Assembly: GCF_009914755.1 (NCBI RefSeq)
Contig: NC_060936.1
DNA: 64,000 nt
Source: the human T2T-CHM13v2.0 reference genome, Homo sapiens
Reading direction: 5' to 3' (one strand)
The notes below the pieces were generated by a model that saw nothing but the letters and a program-made list of their open reading frames with translations, was not told the origin of the DNA and made no database searches. The position numbers and the translations under genes were made by a program. Below are positions 1-13,178 of the stretch, piece after piece. Position 1 is the stretch's first letter. Each line of letters opens with the position of its first letter.

Positions 1-1224
1 GGCCAATCCAAATTTTAAAGCTACTAGAAGAAGTGACATTTTAGGGCTATCAAAGTGAGATTAGGATGAATGCGTGAGACCTCACTTATTTATGTTGCTG
101 ACATTTCTATTTTTTTTTTTCATGTGTTGTATTGCAATTTGTTATATCTTATCTGGAAACAAAATCTATTGAATATGTGTGTAAAAACAATATAATTTGC
201 TAGACATTTTTAATGTGTTTTGATTCATTTCATATATTTCAAAAAAACAAGACTTTTTTTTATAACATTGCCATTTTTATATATATTTTTACTTCTGGTA
301 GTAAAATTACTTTGCAGTTCCCTTTAAATAAAATGAGAACTTCCTTTTACTTGTGAGTGAATGTTAAGTATTTATGATGGTTGCAAAATCCAACCAAAGA
401 AAAGTCTAAGGCTATCATTATGATAAAATTACAACTATAGAAAAACCGGAACCCAAACTTAAAAGATCACAAGGAAAAAAAAACTCTTAGTCTTTTTGAA
501 AACCAACCTTTTAAACTCTTCAGGATTTCTAAAAACATAGCTATTACCGGTTGGAGAACTTTTAACTGAGAAATCAACATTCCTCTTGCTCATTTAGTGG
601 TCTATTATTCATCTGTATTTTTTGTACTTATTAGGGCATGATAATTCCTCACAAACCTCAAAGCCTGAGTACATTATAGCTCTCCTTCACCATAAAGGCA
701 CCAGTTAACCCTAATTTTTGTCTTGAGAACAAAAAGGAACTTTCCTTATTTTTCCATTTTCTCCCCACAGTAAGGGATTACAGTTAAGGTTCTAATGCAT
801 CAGTCTTGGGAAAGAAAGAATTTATATGCATTATTGCTTTAATCCACTCATGGAGGACTTTATCCGCTTTATCCAAAAGGAGATAAAATCAAGATCACTA
901 TTGTTAGTGAGACAGTTGAGAGAATCTCTTGCCTTAAATTCAACCTGCTGTTGACATTCCCCATGGGTACCTTCTTAAAAATTTCATCAAAGTGAACCCT
1001 TAGCCATTTCTCTTGATAGAATACCAGTTGGACAACTCTGAAGGGAAAAGGAACTTAGGTGGGTAAGAAGTGTTATAAAGCCACTCTCAAGCAAGTTTCA
1101 TGGCAGAAGTGTCTCATGCTATCTTAATGAAAGATGTATCTGCATTCCTTGCTTATGGATGAAGAAGTAGAGGGCTAGAGAGCTTAAATTAGTTAGAATA
1201 TAGAAAAAAAAATATTTATTCTCG

Positions 1225-1269
1225 TAGATAGATAGATACATAGATAGATAGATAGATGATAGATAGATA
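1225..1269. repeat. Imperfect (GATA)n tetranucleotide microsatellite
   Basis: Directly visible. Confidence 0.95.
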
Positions 1270-1377
1270 TGCTGTGAAAAGCAGGCTACTTTCTATTCTG
1301 CCTCCCTAGAAAAGAGTACTTTTCTGCTTTTTAATTATTTGTGATTTCAGTAACTTAATCATAGTATCACACTAAGT

Positions 1378-1562
1378 CGGTGTTTTGAAAAATATGCAAC
1401 ACTGAGCACCGGTATAAGAATCACCCGTGGATGCGCTTTAAAAATGCAAAATCCTATGTTGCACAATTCATTACGTCTGTATATCTGGGGCATGTCTGGT
1501 AACCTGGATGTAGAAATACACCCTTACAGGCTGGTTATACACTTACCATTTTGAAAAACACT
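1378..1562. mobile_element. MER5-like hAT-Charlie MITE
   Basis: Degenerate TIRs gtgttttgaaaaat / attttgaaaaacac and internal AGAATCACC and AAAATGCA motifs typical of MER5. Confidence 0.55.
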
Positions 1563-2099
1563 ACCCTAAATAGGGTGAGGATGGAGAGATGAGGAGAAAG
1601 CTGATAAAAGTTTCACCAGATTTTCTTCCCTCAGCACCTCACTAGGGCTGCCCAGTGAGTGAAGGAGTAAGTGGGAATCTTCTCTTCTCCAGCTTTGCCC
1701 TGAAAAGATGAAGTCTTCCCTCTAAAAAGAGGAGTTGTTCCTAAACAGGGTATATTCCTTTCCCAGATGCTTCTACAACAAAGTGTCACTAAGTGCTTAA
1801 CTTTGTCTTTGTCAACCAACATTAACTACAAAGGGAACTGCTGTTTTAAAAGTCATAGTTTTGCTTCTTAGGCATGAGAATAACATAGGACTTTGGATAG
1901 AGAGAAATCAAAGGCTTTTAAAGATGCAGACAGACTGTCTGCTGAGAAGATGTTTCCTCTAAGTAGTATAGAGACAAAGCTCATTTAATTCCATCACATT
2001 CTTTCTAAAAGAGAATTTATGGCACATTATCTACCCTCTATTTGAGAATAGGTTTCCAAGGCTTGATAGTGACTTTTGTAGACAGGGAAAAGAAAATTC

Positions 2100-3643
2100 A
2101 TTTTCAATTCATCTACATTATAGTTTTATCGAGAAAAAGTAGATTTCAAGTTTAAACCAACAAATAAACTGAGGCTGCTATCACACTCTAAGGAATTTAC
2201 CTTAATGTAGAAAACTCATGAAAATCAAAAATACACATTGTACCTAATGTAATATCCATCGCACATATCTGCCAGTCAACTCAGTCTCAATGATGATCCT
2301 TTGATGAAAGGCCGCTGTACCATAAGATAGAGTTCACTAAAAGTGGTGTGTTAAAACATTTTATGCCTTAGAGATACATTTTATTTGTACTAGACACATA
2401 TTTGACTATATATACACTGGTATGGGATGAGCAGACCTTTGTCTGCATAACATTTGGCTCCACACATAGGTTTTATTGTTAACTAGGTAAAACAGAAGTT
2501 ATTTTTATAAATTATATGCAGAGTATTTATCATTGTATAGAATTGTATATACTCATAGAAAGCTGAAAGCTGTTATTACTGGATTATGAACTCAAAACCT
2601 ATGATCCAGACATATTGGCTTCAAGCTAAAATGATTTTTTAAATATCTATTTCAGAAAATTTTATATTCATTCATTTTTAATCCTGTGAGTTATCCACCA
2701 TTTCTTGACAACCAAGGAGTGAGTGCTGAGATCACATAGCAGCTTCTTATCTAATAGAATACCATTGTATATGAACCAGTAAAAACACCAGGAATGGGAA
2801 TAATGACAAATATCTAAGTAAGTTGTGAAATCTAAGTACCTATTATAGGTGTTTTTAAGAACTCTTTGTAAGTGAATGCTAGAAGTAGACAAATTATTTA
2901 GTGGAAAATCCTATGTTCACATCAGTAAAATATTGCAGGCCAGAGATATCTTTTGATTTCTAATCTATTGTTTTATGTATTTTATATACAAAGTACAGAA
3001 ATTTCACAAGAAGTCAAACACAGTGATGCCATTTGCTATGTTTTATTTTGCTAGTAGCTTATTAAACATAACATGCAAATAATCAAAGAGAAACATACAT
3101 GACTTAGAGTGAAAAATAATTCTAGAAAAGTTTCACTAGGTAAGTATGCAAATTCTTATTCTAAAAATACTTCTTTAAGTGCATGAAGCTTCATGTATTT
3201 TGCAATATTCTTGGCCTCAATATCTACCACCTATTTTTTAACCAGACAAATTTGAATGTATCAAGATAATTTGGTGCAAGAGAGTAACATCCATATGTAT
3301 TTAATCCAAGCTTTGAGGAACATTAAGATTTAAGGATTATAAAACTTGGCTGATTTCCATGCAACCAGTAAAAGGTTTTGCACATCATTTGACAGTAGAA
3401 ATAAAAAAACACTAAATTTACAAATAAAGCATTGAGTTTGATGTCTATTCGTGTATATGTGTGTGTTCTTGTGATGAAATAGGCCTGCCTTTCATCTTTT
3501 CTTTAAAAAAAATAAATGTTTACAAAACATTTCCCTCAGATTTTAAAATTCATGGAAGTAATAAACAGTAATAAAATATGGATACTATGAAAACTGACAC
3601 ACAGAAAAACATAACCATAAAATATTGTTCCAGGATACAGATA
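2100..3643 (-). other. LUM: LUM 3' UTR with several candidate poly(A) signals; distal end uncertain
   Basis: Minus-strand AATAAA at 3042-3047, 2472-2477 and 2380-2385, and variant GATAAA at 2125-2130. Confidence 0.6.
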
Positions 3644-3798
3644 TTAATTAAGAGTGACTTCGTTAGCAACACGTAGACATTCATACATATCCGGTGGAAG
3701 ACTGGTTTCTGAGATGCGATTGCCATCCAAACGCAAATGCTTGATCTTGGAGTAGGATAATGGCCCCAGGATCTTGCAGAAGCTCTTTATGTCAAACT
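3644..3798 (-). CDS. LUM: Lumican coding exon 3 (C-terminal ear repeat, (K)FDIKSFCKILGPLSYSKIKHLRLDGNRISETSLPPDMYECLRVANEVTLN*)
   Basis: Hand translation. Acceptor tttttAG at 3800-3799, phase 1 matching exon 2 (A+AG=Lys). TAA at 3646-3644. 862+155=1017 nt = 338 aa plus stop. Confidence 0.98.
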
Positions 3799-4240
3799 CT
3801 AAAAATTAAAGAATAGAAAACATTAATCATTTTTCAGTACACTGGCTCAAAACAATACAAAAAATTTATGTTTAATATATTATAAAATAGGACCTCTTCC
3901 TATTTAGAAAAGTCATAATATAGTATATGTTTGAATTTGCAACCATTAAAGGCATATTTCAGGCTACCAAAATGGCACAGTAACATTTAGTAAAGAGTAA
4001 ACATGGTAGATCAAGATATTCAGTGGAATATTTTAAATAACAGAACTTATTTTATTACTAGAAGTTGTTTTTAAAAAGGCATTCAATAAGTGTGTCATAT
4101 TATCTAACAACTTTTTTGAAATAGTATAACCTGAAGAAATATAAATGGATCCCATTGTTGTATGAACAATCTCAGTATAAGTACTCTTTGGTTTTACATC
4201 TAAAAATAAGAAGGGTTAACTAGATGATCTATAAAGAATT

Positions 4241-4352
4241 TTCTAGCAACCACATACCATGACCATGATAAAAATTCCAAGACAAAAACCAAATCATTCC
4301 AGCAATCACACACCATAGCAATGATCAAAATTCTAAGGCAAAAACCTAATCA
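4241..4352. repeat. 56-bp tandem duplication (2 copies, 46/56 identical)
   Basis: 4241-4296 aligned by hand to 4297-4352. Confidence 0.9.
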
Positions 4353-4699
4353 TGGCATGTCCACCATCTGAACTCATGTTTTTGTTTATTTGTTTATTTT
4401 TGTCCATGGTCAAAAAGCTGCCACAAATGAAACACTGACTTACTTTGTAATAGAAACCAAGAGTGTTACTGAATTGACTGACCTGTGTATACACAGAAAC
4501 TATGTTTGCCTATGTCTATTTTAGATTAACATTTTCAAGTCCTTTATCTTGTTTTCATTTTCAAACTCTAGTTAACAAAGACTTCAGTGGAACCCCAAAC
4601 ACACATGCTTTTTAAAATAACTCATCAGTTAATTCCAGGGATTTTTCTATGGTACCAACATTTGAGAAAGTGAGGAAAAATGGAAAGAAGATGGGCATA

Positions 4700-4866
4700 G
4701 TCCCATCTTGGAATTCTACCTCTGCCACTTACCCAGCTGGGCAACACTGGAACACTTATCTGATCTTGTTAGAAATAACACATCTATCTTACCGTGTTGC
4801 ATGAAGATTAAATTAAGTTGTGTAGAGCACTTCACACAATACTAGTACATAGTATGTCCTAAATAA
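4700..4866 (+). mobile_element. MIR fragment
   Basis: ctctgccacttac...gaagattaaat...gtagagcactt...acatagta MIR core. Confidence 0.6.
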
Positions 4867-6165
4867 TGACTAATATCCTTTTGATTTTGCTGTCTTTCTA
4901 AATTACTCTACACTAGGAAGATCTCTGATTGGGCTAATGCTTAGAGTTGCAAGTTTGAAATAGAAAACAGTTTGTTTTGGCTATATATTCCCTAATATTA
5001 GAAAAAAACATTGAGGGGAACTTTCTGTATTAAGTGAATGTGAAATGTTGATATAGTTGATTATTATCCGGCAAAATAACCTAAACTGAGGTGATACATA
5101 AAAAGACAAGGAGAATACCTGACTAAATGTACAAAGATAAGGAAGAAAGAAAGGAAACTATTATGTTACCTTTTCAAATGACCACTATGTACTGGGCACT
5201 GTGGTTTCTATCTCAGCTTGGCACTGACAGGCCATTGGCCTTTCTCCCATAGACCTCTCTTCCATCCTTTACTCATGCAATGTATACCTTCAAATGTGCC
5301 TACTTCTGTATCCTTCTTTGTTTCAGAGAAAGAAGTAGCCCTGCTCTTACGAATAATCTCTACCCACCAAATCTAATGTACTCCGTCATCCCTTAAGCAT
5401 CGTAAATTCCTTTAGCATTTTGGTCTGTCAGAGAGTATCCTTCCTCCTAACCACATATGTTTAAAATGAGGAATCACATATGGCCACATAGTGAATTTTC
5501 CACTGGAAACAACAAGAGGGGTTTAGCTGTGTTAGCCTGACTGTGTATTGTGTGACAGTCAAACAGCACCAACCCTTACCTTGGCTGCTTTTCAGAAAAA
5601 ACAAAGAACATGTGGAGCTTCAGAGTTGGCGAGTATGGTCTTCTTTATGAAAACGTTTAACCCTACTAGAGGTTATATGAAACTGGCAGAATTAACAAAC
5701 ATCATATGCATAAAATATATTGTAATATTTTCTGACAGCAATACCTTTATTCAGCATGGCCAGAAAACCAATTTTCATCATGTAGAGATGTTCAAATTCA
5801 ATAGATTATTTTGCAGACATTATTACTTTATATGTGAATCAATGTTTCCTGCTTGATTTTTTCATTTAGAAAGCCTTATCTGTGAATCATGGTTTTTCTC
5901 TTCTACCAAGCTCTGCCAAAGATTAATGGCAGAGTTATCCTGGTAGGAAATGGTGGATTTCAATTTCCCATTGGAATCTATACTGCTTAAGTTGAAGAAT
6001 GTCCCTGAAGACCACATAAGTGCATAAGCAGTCCAAATGCATCAGATCAAACTTCATCCAGAAGATAAATGAAAAATAAAGAGAGGAGAAAGAGAAAGTG
6101 TGGAAATATCAAATGAGGGGCAGGATTGTACCCAAGAAAAAAAAAGCTCTGTAACACTATTTTTC

Positions 6166-6197
<32 letters not shown>

Positions 6198-6375
6198 GAT
6201 GTTAGAATCTCCCATCATATTTCTTTTTCTCTTTAATCTTCTTCACAGTCCTCCAGAGCACTGTGATGGCCACACACCATAACAGAGATAACAGAGGCAG
6301 ATGATGATCATGACAGCAGAGTAACATGGTGAGTCCCAAGTAGTTGATGTCAGGGAAGACCATGAGACTATATGG

Positions 6376-6640
6376 GGCCAGGCACAGTGGCTCACGCCTG
6401 TAATCCCAGTACTTTGGGAGGCCAAGGCAGATGGATCAGTTGAGGTCAGGATTTTAAGAACAGCCTGGTTAACATGGTGAAACCCCATCTCTACTAAAAA
6501 CATAAAAATTAGCCTGGTGGTGGTGGTGGCCTGAGGTGGGAGAATCGCCTGAGCCTGGGGGGTGGAGGTTGCAATGAGCCGAGATTGCACCACCTCACTC
6601 CAGTCTGGGCGACAGAGTGAGACCCTGTCAAAAAAAAAAA
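6376..6640 (+). mobile_element. Alu (AluJ-like) with a short right-arm deletion
   Basis: GGCCAGGCACAGTGGCTCACGCCTGTAATCCCAG start and GAGACCCTGTC-A tail. Degenerate TSD gac(t/a)atatgg at 6366-6375 and 6875-6884. Confidence 0.95.
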
Positions 6641-6734
6641 GAAAGAAAGAAAGAAAGAAAACGAAAGAAAGAAAGAAGGAAAGAAAAAGAAAGAAAGAAA
6701 GAAAGAAAGAGAGAAAGAAGAAAGAAAGAAAGGA

Positions 6735-6823
<89 letters not shown>

Positions 6824-6874
6824 GGAAAGAAAGGAAGGAAGAAAGAAAAAGAGAGAGAGAGGGAGGGAGGGAGG
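6641..6874. repeat. Complex (GAAA)n/(GA)n/(GGGA)n polypurine tract grown from the Alu tail
   Basis: Directly visible. It lies inside the Alu TSD pair. Confidence 0.95.
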
Positions 6875-7197
6875 GACAATATGGGCTTCTTTGTGGCTAT
6901 GGAGTTTGCCAACTGTGCCACTTTTGAACTCATTTCTTCCTCCCTCATCTAGATCTTGTCAAAAAATAAATGTAGGACACAAATCTAAGCCATAAAGGAG
7001 AAAATAATAAGAGATATATATGAGGAGGTAACACAGCAGGATGAGTTGGCCCGGAATTTTTAGTTTGAAGACTTACATATTAAATTCTGTGACCTTAATT
7101 GTTCCTTATCTGGATACACCAAAGAAAGGCTGGATATTGGATATATGATTGAGCTAGAATTATTCTTTGTTTGAAGTAGAGGGATATTTTGTGGACA

Positions 7198-7490
7198 TTT
7201 TTTTTTTTTCCAAGACAGAATCTGGCTGTCTTGCCCAGGCTTGAGTACAGTGGCACGATCTCGGCTCACTGCAACCTCTATCTCCCAGGTTCAAGCAATT
7301 CTCCTGGCTCAGCCTCCTGAGTAGCTGGGATTACAGAAGTGCGACACCACGCCTGGCTAATTTTTGTATTTTTAGTAGAGATGGGGTTTCATCATGTTGG
7401 CCAGGCTGGTCTCAACTCCTGACCTGGTGATCCGCCCACTTCGGCCTCCCAAAATGCTGGATTTACAGGAATGAGCCACAGCGCCCGGGC
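7198..7490 (-). mobile_element. Alu (AluS-like)
   Basis: Reverse-complement Alu with poly(T). TSD gacatttt on both sides. Confidence 0.95.
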
Positions 7491-7595
7491 GACATTTTGT
7501 TTTTTTAATGGAGCCAGATGCAATATCTGTGTTGTGCAGCCCAGGTATTTAAACACTTGAGCACACATCAAACACAGGAACAGCTTTTTACTTAC

Positions 7596-8457
7596 TCTCA
7601 AGTTGATTGACCTCCAGGTAATAGTTTTCAAGGTTTTCATTGACAGTTGGTATGTTTTTAAGCTTGTTATAGGACAGATCCAGCTCAACCAGGGATGACA
7701 CATTGAAAGAATTTCCAGGTATTCCACTATCAGCCAGTTCGTTGTGAGATAAACGCAGATACTGCAATGCATTAAAACGCTTGAAATACTCATCAGGGAT
7801 GTTGCTGATCTTATTGTTGTCTAAGTAGAGAGTTAGAAGAGAGACAGGGAGACCAGAAGGCAGTCTGGCTATCTGATTGAAGCTCAAGTCAAGGTATTCG
7901 AGTGATTTAAGACCTTTAAAAGCAGCTGAAACAGCATCCTCTTTCAGCCGATTGTGCTGGAGATGGATGAAGGTCAGGTTTACCAATCCTTCAAAAGAGC
8001 CCAGCTTTGTGATCTTGTTATGAGTAAGCTGCAGATCCTCCAGAGATTTGGGAAGTGGGCCCACAGACTCTGTCAGGTTGTTGTGGTTTATATGCAGCTT
8101 CTTCAGTTGTTTCAATTTAGAGAAAACTCTCCCTTTTATCTTGGAGTTTTCTAGAAGGTTGTGATCTAGAATGAGCCACTGCAGATCAGTTACATTCTCA
8201 AAGGCCTTTTCATCAATATGGTCAATCTGGTTATTCCTAAGGTAAAGATACTTGATTCCAGGAGGCACCATTGGTACACTTTTCAATTTCAGCTCATCAC
8301 AGTACATGGCACTTGGGTAGCTTTCAGGGCAGTTACATTCTGGTGCACAGTTTGGTGATGATTGCCCATAAATTGATAGGGGAAAATCATAATCATAGTA
8401 CTGGCCACTGGTACCACCAATCAATGCCAGGAAGAGAGTAAATGCACTTAGACTCAT
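7596..8457 (-). CDS. LUM: Lumican coding exon 2 (signal peptide, Tyr-rich N-terminus, CX3CXCX9C class II SLRP cap, most LRRs)
   Basis: [56 protein letters not shown]... is lumican. ATG at 8457-8455. Exon acceptor AG at 8480-8479, so the exon starts at 8478 with 21 nt of UTR. Donor GAG A|GTAAGT at 7596/7595. N-glycosylation sequons NVT, NLT, NLT, NVS are present. Confidence 0.99.
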
Positions 8458-8701
8458 TTTTGGCAAATGGTTTGAATCCTAAATAAAGATGAAACATTTA
8501 TTAATTAAAAAAATATATACTTTCAAGAAAAAGACATTCAATTTGCAACATTAAATTCATTAGAAAATGTGCATTTTGTTATTTTATAGCTATTTTTAGT
8601 GCATCTAACAGCGTCTTTTAAATTTTTATTTAGGTATGAGGACAAAGGTGTATGTTTACAACTATGTAGTGAGCAGCTTTCAGGTTAGATTGCGTACACG
8701 T

Positions 8702-8715
8702 GCGCCCCCTTCTGG
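8702..8715 (-). promoter_or_regulatory. CTCF core motif match in LUM intron 1
   Basis: Minus strand CCAGAAGGGGGCGC versus consensus CCASYAGRKGGCRS (one off-consensus base). Four CpGs are retained in 8693-8718. Confidence 0.7.
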
Positions 8716-10877
8716 GCGAGCCCAGCCTAATTGTTCCAGTCAATCTCTTCAGGCTCTTCCTTAATGAAATGCCTTCCTGTAAGAGGTTTCTGGGTGGTGT
8801 TCATTGACCACCGAATTAGACTACTGCTTCAGATCATCTCTCAAAAAAAGAGAATGAGAAGACAGTTTTTAACTGTATACTCTACCCTACCATTCGACAT
8901 CATTAAAATGACTCATGAAGAAGATCCTGACGGGAATATGGGCAACCTGAGGTTTTGCTTGTATGTGGGAGGGAAATGGAAGGCACATTCCTTTAAAAGT
9001 GTCTGGTTACTGTTGGTTCTGAGGAAGGAGAACAGAATTCTTGGTGCTGGTGTGCATGCATACTAGTTCATGTTGTGCTTAACATTCTACACTTTTTAAA
9101 GCACATTGCAAAACTGTGTTCTGAAACTAATATTTCATAAATTAGCTATTTACTAAACAAAATATTAGTAATATTTAATAATTGCTAATGTTTATCAGGA
9201 AAATGTCACACATTCTGAAGGTTTCTCTTTCTGGAAAGAGATTCAACAGGTAGAGAAAGATAGTATTTTCCAAGTTTTCAATTAGAGTTATAGTCTCTCT
9301 CAATTACTCACAAGTTCTCTACTTTCTTCATGCCAAAATCGAAGATGCCATGGTTTGCATATCTGGCTTTTAGTGGCCTCACAGAATGGAGGTGGGAGAG
9401 AGGTGTGATGTTTTTAAAGTTTGGATTTAATACTGGTGTTAGAACTATCTAGTAAATTATTCAATTGAGAATATGAATTTGAAATAATGTGTAACAGTTA
9501 TCTTCTCATAGGAACATGTTTCTAAGGTGAGGCTCAAAAAAGTACATTTCAATGTCTTAGGTGCAGCAATTTAGATATGGGAAAATTGGAATATAAGAGT
9601 TAGACTTTTATAGAGTGAACAGTTGTGGCTGAGGCAAAGTTGGTAGCCCTGGGAGATAAATCATTAATGTGACGAAAGATCTACATTCTAATAGATAACT
9701 GAGAATATTATATCTTTCTATGAAAGTATGATTACAAGCTTTTGGATCAAAGTAGTTTGGGATAAGCAGGATCTTTGGGGTTAGAAACTGAAAACGTCTT
9801 TTATTTGTTTTAATTTGAAATTGTAAGGCACTTTATTTCAGATCAGATGGAACGTTATAAAACAGCTTTTAGAAATACTTTGATTGCTGACATAAGGTAA
9901 CATGTAGCCAGATTCTCAGTAAATTACTCTCTAAGATTTTAATGGGGGCATTTAATTTTGCTGACAGAACTTGGCCATAATAATAATTGCATAGCACTAA
10001 AAAGAACGTGATGACATATTCCCAGAGTTATTTTAAGTTATAGAATGTAAATACTGTAAAGATTTGTCTTGCTTTATTAATAAGCTATTTTAAATTTACT
10101 ATACACCAAAATATGGCAACTATAATGTGAGTATTAAATAGTAATGAAAAATGCTTCCATATTTTTTGGCAAAGTAAAAACAAGGATGCTGAATTGAATG
10201 AGAGTTTGCAACCATATAATGACTCCACTATGAGGCAAAATCACACTGTACTACCCTCAGTTTTTTCAAATACCTGTGGCTATAGAGAAAATGCTGTTTT
10301 CAAAAACGAAATCATTTCCCAGAACTTTTTAAAAAACTCGTTCCTTAAGGCATATATCCAAGAAACAAATTTTTTAAATTAACAAAACAGAAATAAATAA
10401 TCCATAAGAGTTCCTAAATCTTTTAGCTCATGTTTTATAACATAGAACGTTTATTGTAAATTATAACAAATTGTCACAATATGCTTATTAAAAGATATTT
10501 TGAATGCTGATTAAAATGACTTTTCTTTGCTCCAGTATTAGGGTCCAATACTAACATATATAACTAACTAGCATACATAACAAACATATTAATTTCTATA
10601 TTTTTTCACTGTGTCTACTTTAACTATTTTCTCATTCTAACCTTGAAACTTTTTATAACTTCTCTTGCCAAGCAATACAGCATATACTGTATAAAATCTC
10701 AAATCTATAAATCATGGAAAACATATTAACAAAATGTGAAACTAAATGCTCAGAACTGTGGATTTGCTGTTGAATAGCAATTGGCAAAATTGCTCTGGAA
10801 TTTTTCCTGTTCCTGTTACAAAAAACGCTGTCCCAAACAGTTAACATCCCCAGTGCAATAGTTAAAACAGCACTTAC

Positions 10878-10997
10878 CTTACTGTCTTGACACTGCTTTC
10901 GTTAATTCTTAAAGCAGATGCACTATGGACAAGAATCCACCAATATATGCTGTGAACTCTGTCAGGACGGAACTGGCTGCCAGATTCTGAGTGATAC
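10878..10997 (-). other. LUM: LUM non-coding exon 1 (5' UTR); 5' boundary approximate
   Basis: Strong donor AAG|GTAAGT at 10878/10877. The sequence matches my recollection of the LUM mRNA leader and has no upstream ATG. The TSS cannot be fixed from sequence (roughly 10965-10997). Confidence 0.85.
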
Positions 10998-11050
10998 AAG
11001 AGCTGAAGGGGGGGGTGGGGAGACCCAGCCCAGTCACGCCAGTCTCTGAA
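10990..11050 (-). promoter_or_regulatory. LUM proximal promoter: TATCA (TATA-like) at 10996-10992 and G8TG4 Sp/KLF-type box at 11008-11020
   Basis: Motifs are seen directly next to exon 1. No CpG island. Confidence 0.55.
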
Positions 11051-13178
11051 TGGAGTTATGTCATTGTGGGGATCTTGTGGTGTGGCATGTGAACACTGCT
11101 CTCTAACGAAGTGCAGGTGAACGTGGGGAGAAAGGACAGCCCAGCTCATTCCCTATGGAATGGGAGAGAGATATGTGTTTAACTAGCTCAAATACCATAG
11201 CTTTTAACCAAGAATTGAGTCCTGCTTCAAATAAGGAAGCTCACTGTGAGAACATTTTTCTTACAAGCCTCTTTACATCTGTGGCTGTGGCAACAATTAA
11301 GTGCAATGTGCTCAGCCAACTATCATGTTTATCTAAAGATCTCAGAAATCATAAGCAGGGCAAATAATTTCAGGAAAACGCAAATGAACAGACTCAGAGG
11401 AATTGAATCCCTTTGCCTATCACTTTTGAAATCAATATTGATTTACTTGGACTAACTTAATTTTTTGGCCATGAGGGTAGCTTACATTAGTTTTAAAAAT
11501 ATAAAATATGCTTCATATACACTTGGATACACATGATAAATATCAACATTTCAAGTTTACTTCTAATGCTAAGGAGACTCATTTTATGTTATTCAGGTCT
11601 GGAACCAATCAGCAAAGTCTTGCCTGTTTTTTATTTTGTGGATTTCGTTTAGGAATTCACCCAAAACCTTACTTGGGGAGAGCATTCTATAGCTTAATGC
11701 CAAAAAACATAAAAGAACAGAGAAAAAAATAAATTTATACTAAAAGTATCACAAGGCAAGAATCTTTCATTGCATGCTAGTAATTTTTTTTCAAAGTTAA
11801 AAGTTATTCAAAGTTATAATCTCCCAAAGGCCTGGCTGGATATATCTTTCATTATCAGCTCCTGATGCATGGTTTCAGCAAATGAGAGATGTACTTAAAT
11901 CCTTGTCTATTTCATTTTGTGATTTTATCAGATATATTTATGAGATTTTTTTCTAAAATGTTCATTTCCTCATGTTTATAAGAACTTTTACAACAATATA
12001 TTTTAATATAAGTTGTCACATTGTATTTTTGTCTTTAAAAATAACTATATCACATTTTAGCAGTGAGACTTGTGGAAAATTAACTCCATGACTAATACTG
12101 CATTTGTCCGAAAAAAGACTATTAGAATAAATGGCTTATTTTTGTAATAGCAGTGTTCAAAAACAAAAAGTAATCTTCTTGAAAGTAACTAATGGAATTG
12201 TAAGATGATTCATAAACATAACATTTTTCCTAATATTATTTTAAGAAAATTATTGATAGGCCTCAGTTTCAACAAAGTAACTGAATAAATTTATAAGGAA
12301 TTAAGAAAAAAAGACAAATCAATCGAATATAATTAAGTGATCTTGTTATAAGAGGATTCTTAAAACAATGCTATGTATTAATTTTGAGTGTATCAAATTC
12401 TATAATCTGAGCTCTTGTTAGAAAAACTCCACCTATCCATTCCTTAAGATTTTTCTTTATAAAGCAATACATGTGTTGTGGTATTTATAACAGACCTCAA
12501 ATGCATTATATTGGATTTAGCTCATTGTAAAGTCTTGTCAACATATACTTTTTAATAAAATCAGTTCTGTGAAACCAATAATTGAATAATTTTGTGCGTT
12601 TCAGAGCATATTTTCAGGGTCCAATAGAAAGAAATGAAATTAACATTTATAGTGGATCTAATATATTCCATGATTTATACTCAGAGTTTTCACATTTCTT
12701 CCTTTAAATTTCATACATTAAAATTCCTATGGTATGTTTTACTACTCTATTTTCAGGAGTATAAATGGAGAGTCAGAAAGTCTCATTCATTTGCTAAAAG
12801 TCACCTAACAAGTAAATGTAAGAATAAAACCATGAACATCTTCACTCACTGGGAAGAGGGTGAACAGGATGGAGCTGAGACAATGTAGTTCACTCAATCA
12901 GCTTAAAATACTTTATAGACAATGTTACTATCAGTTGAGAAAAAGCAGAAATATTAAATAGGCAATAGTTATTTAAAAAGTCAAATGTTAATTAAGCAAT
13001 AGTTTCTTTCCTTTTACATTACACACTAACACATAACATGCATAGCCACATCCACATCTCAGAACTTTTGGGTAACGTATAAACATTCCATCCTGGCCAA
13101 TGGTGATTCACATCATTGGTGATAATGAGCATTGGAGGCTAAATGCATTTCATCACAATACAGGTTAAAATGATGGGA

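Noticed and set aside
6562-6952. K/E/R-rich and F/L/S-rich ORFs
   Set aside because: These are translations of the (GAAA)n tract, which lacks stops.
7588-7595. LUM read-through ending ...LESK*
   Set aside because: This is intronic sequence after a strong GTAAGT donor. The only nearby signal (ATTAAA ~7504-7509) abuts an A-run, so evidence for an isoform is weak.
8458-8466. MPK N-terminal extension of LUM in the ORF track
   Set aside because: It starts at a TTG called as a start. The real ATG is at 8457 in good context (AAAATGA).
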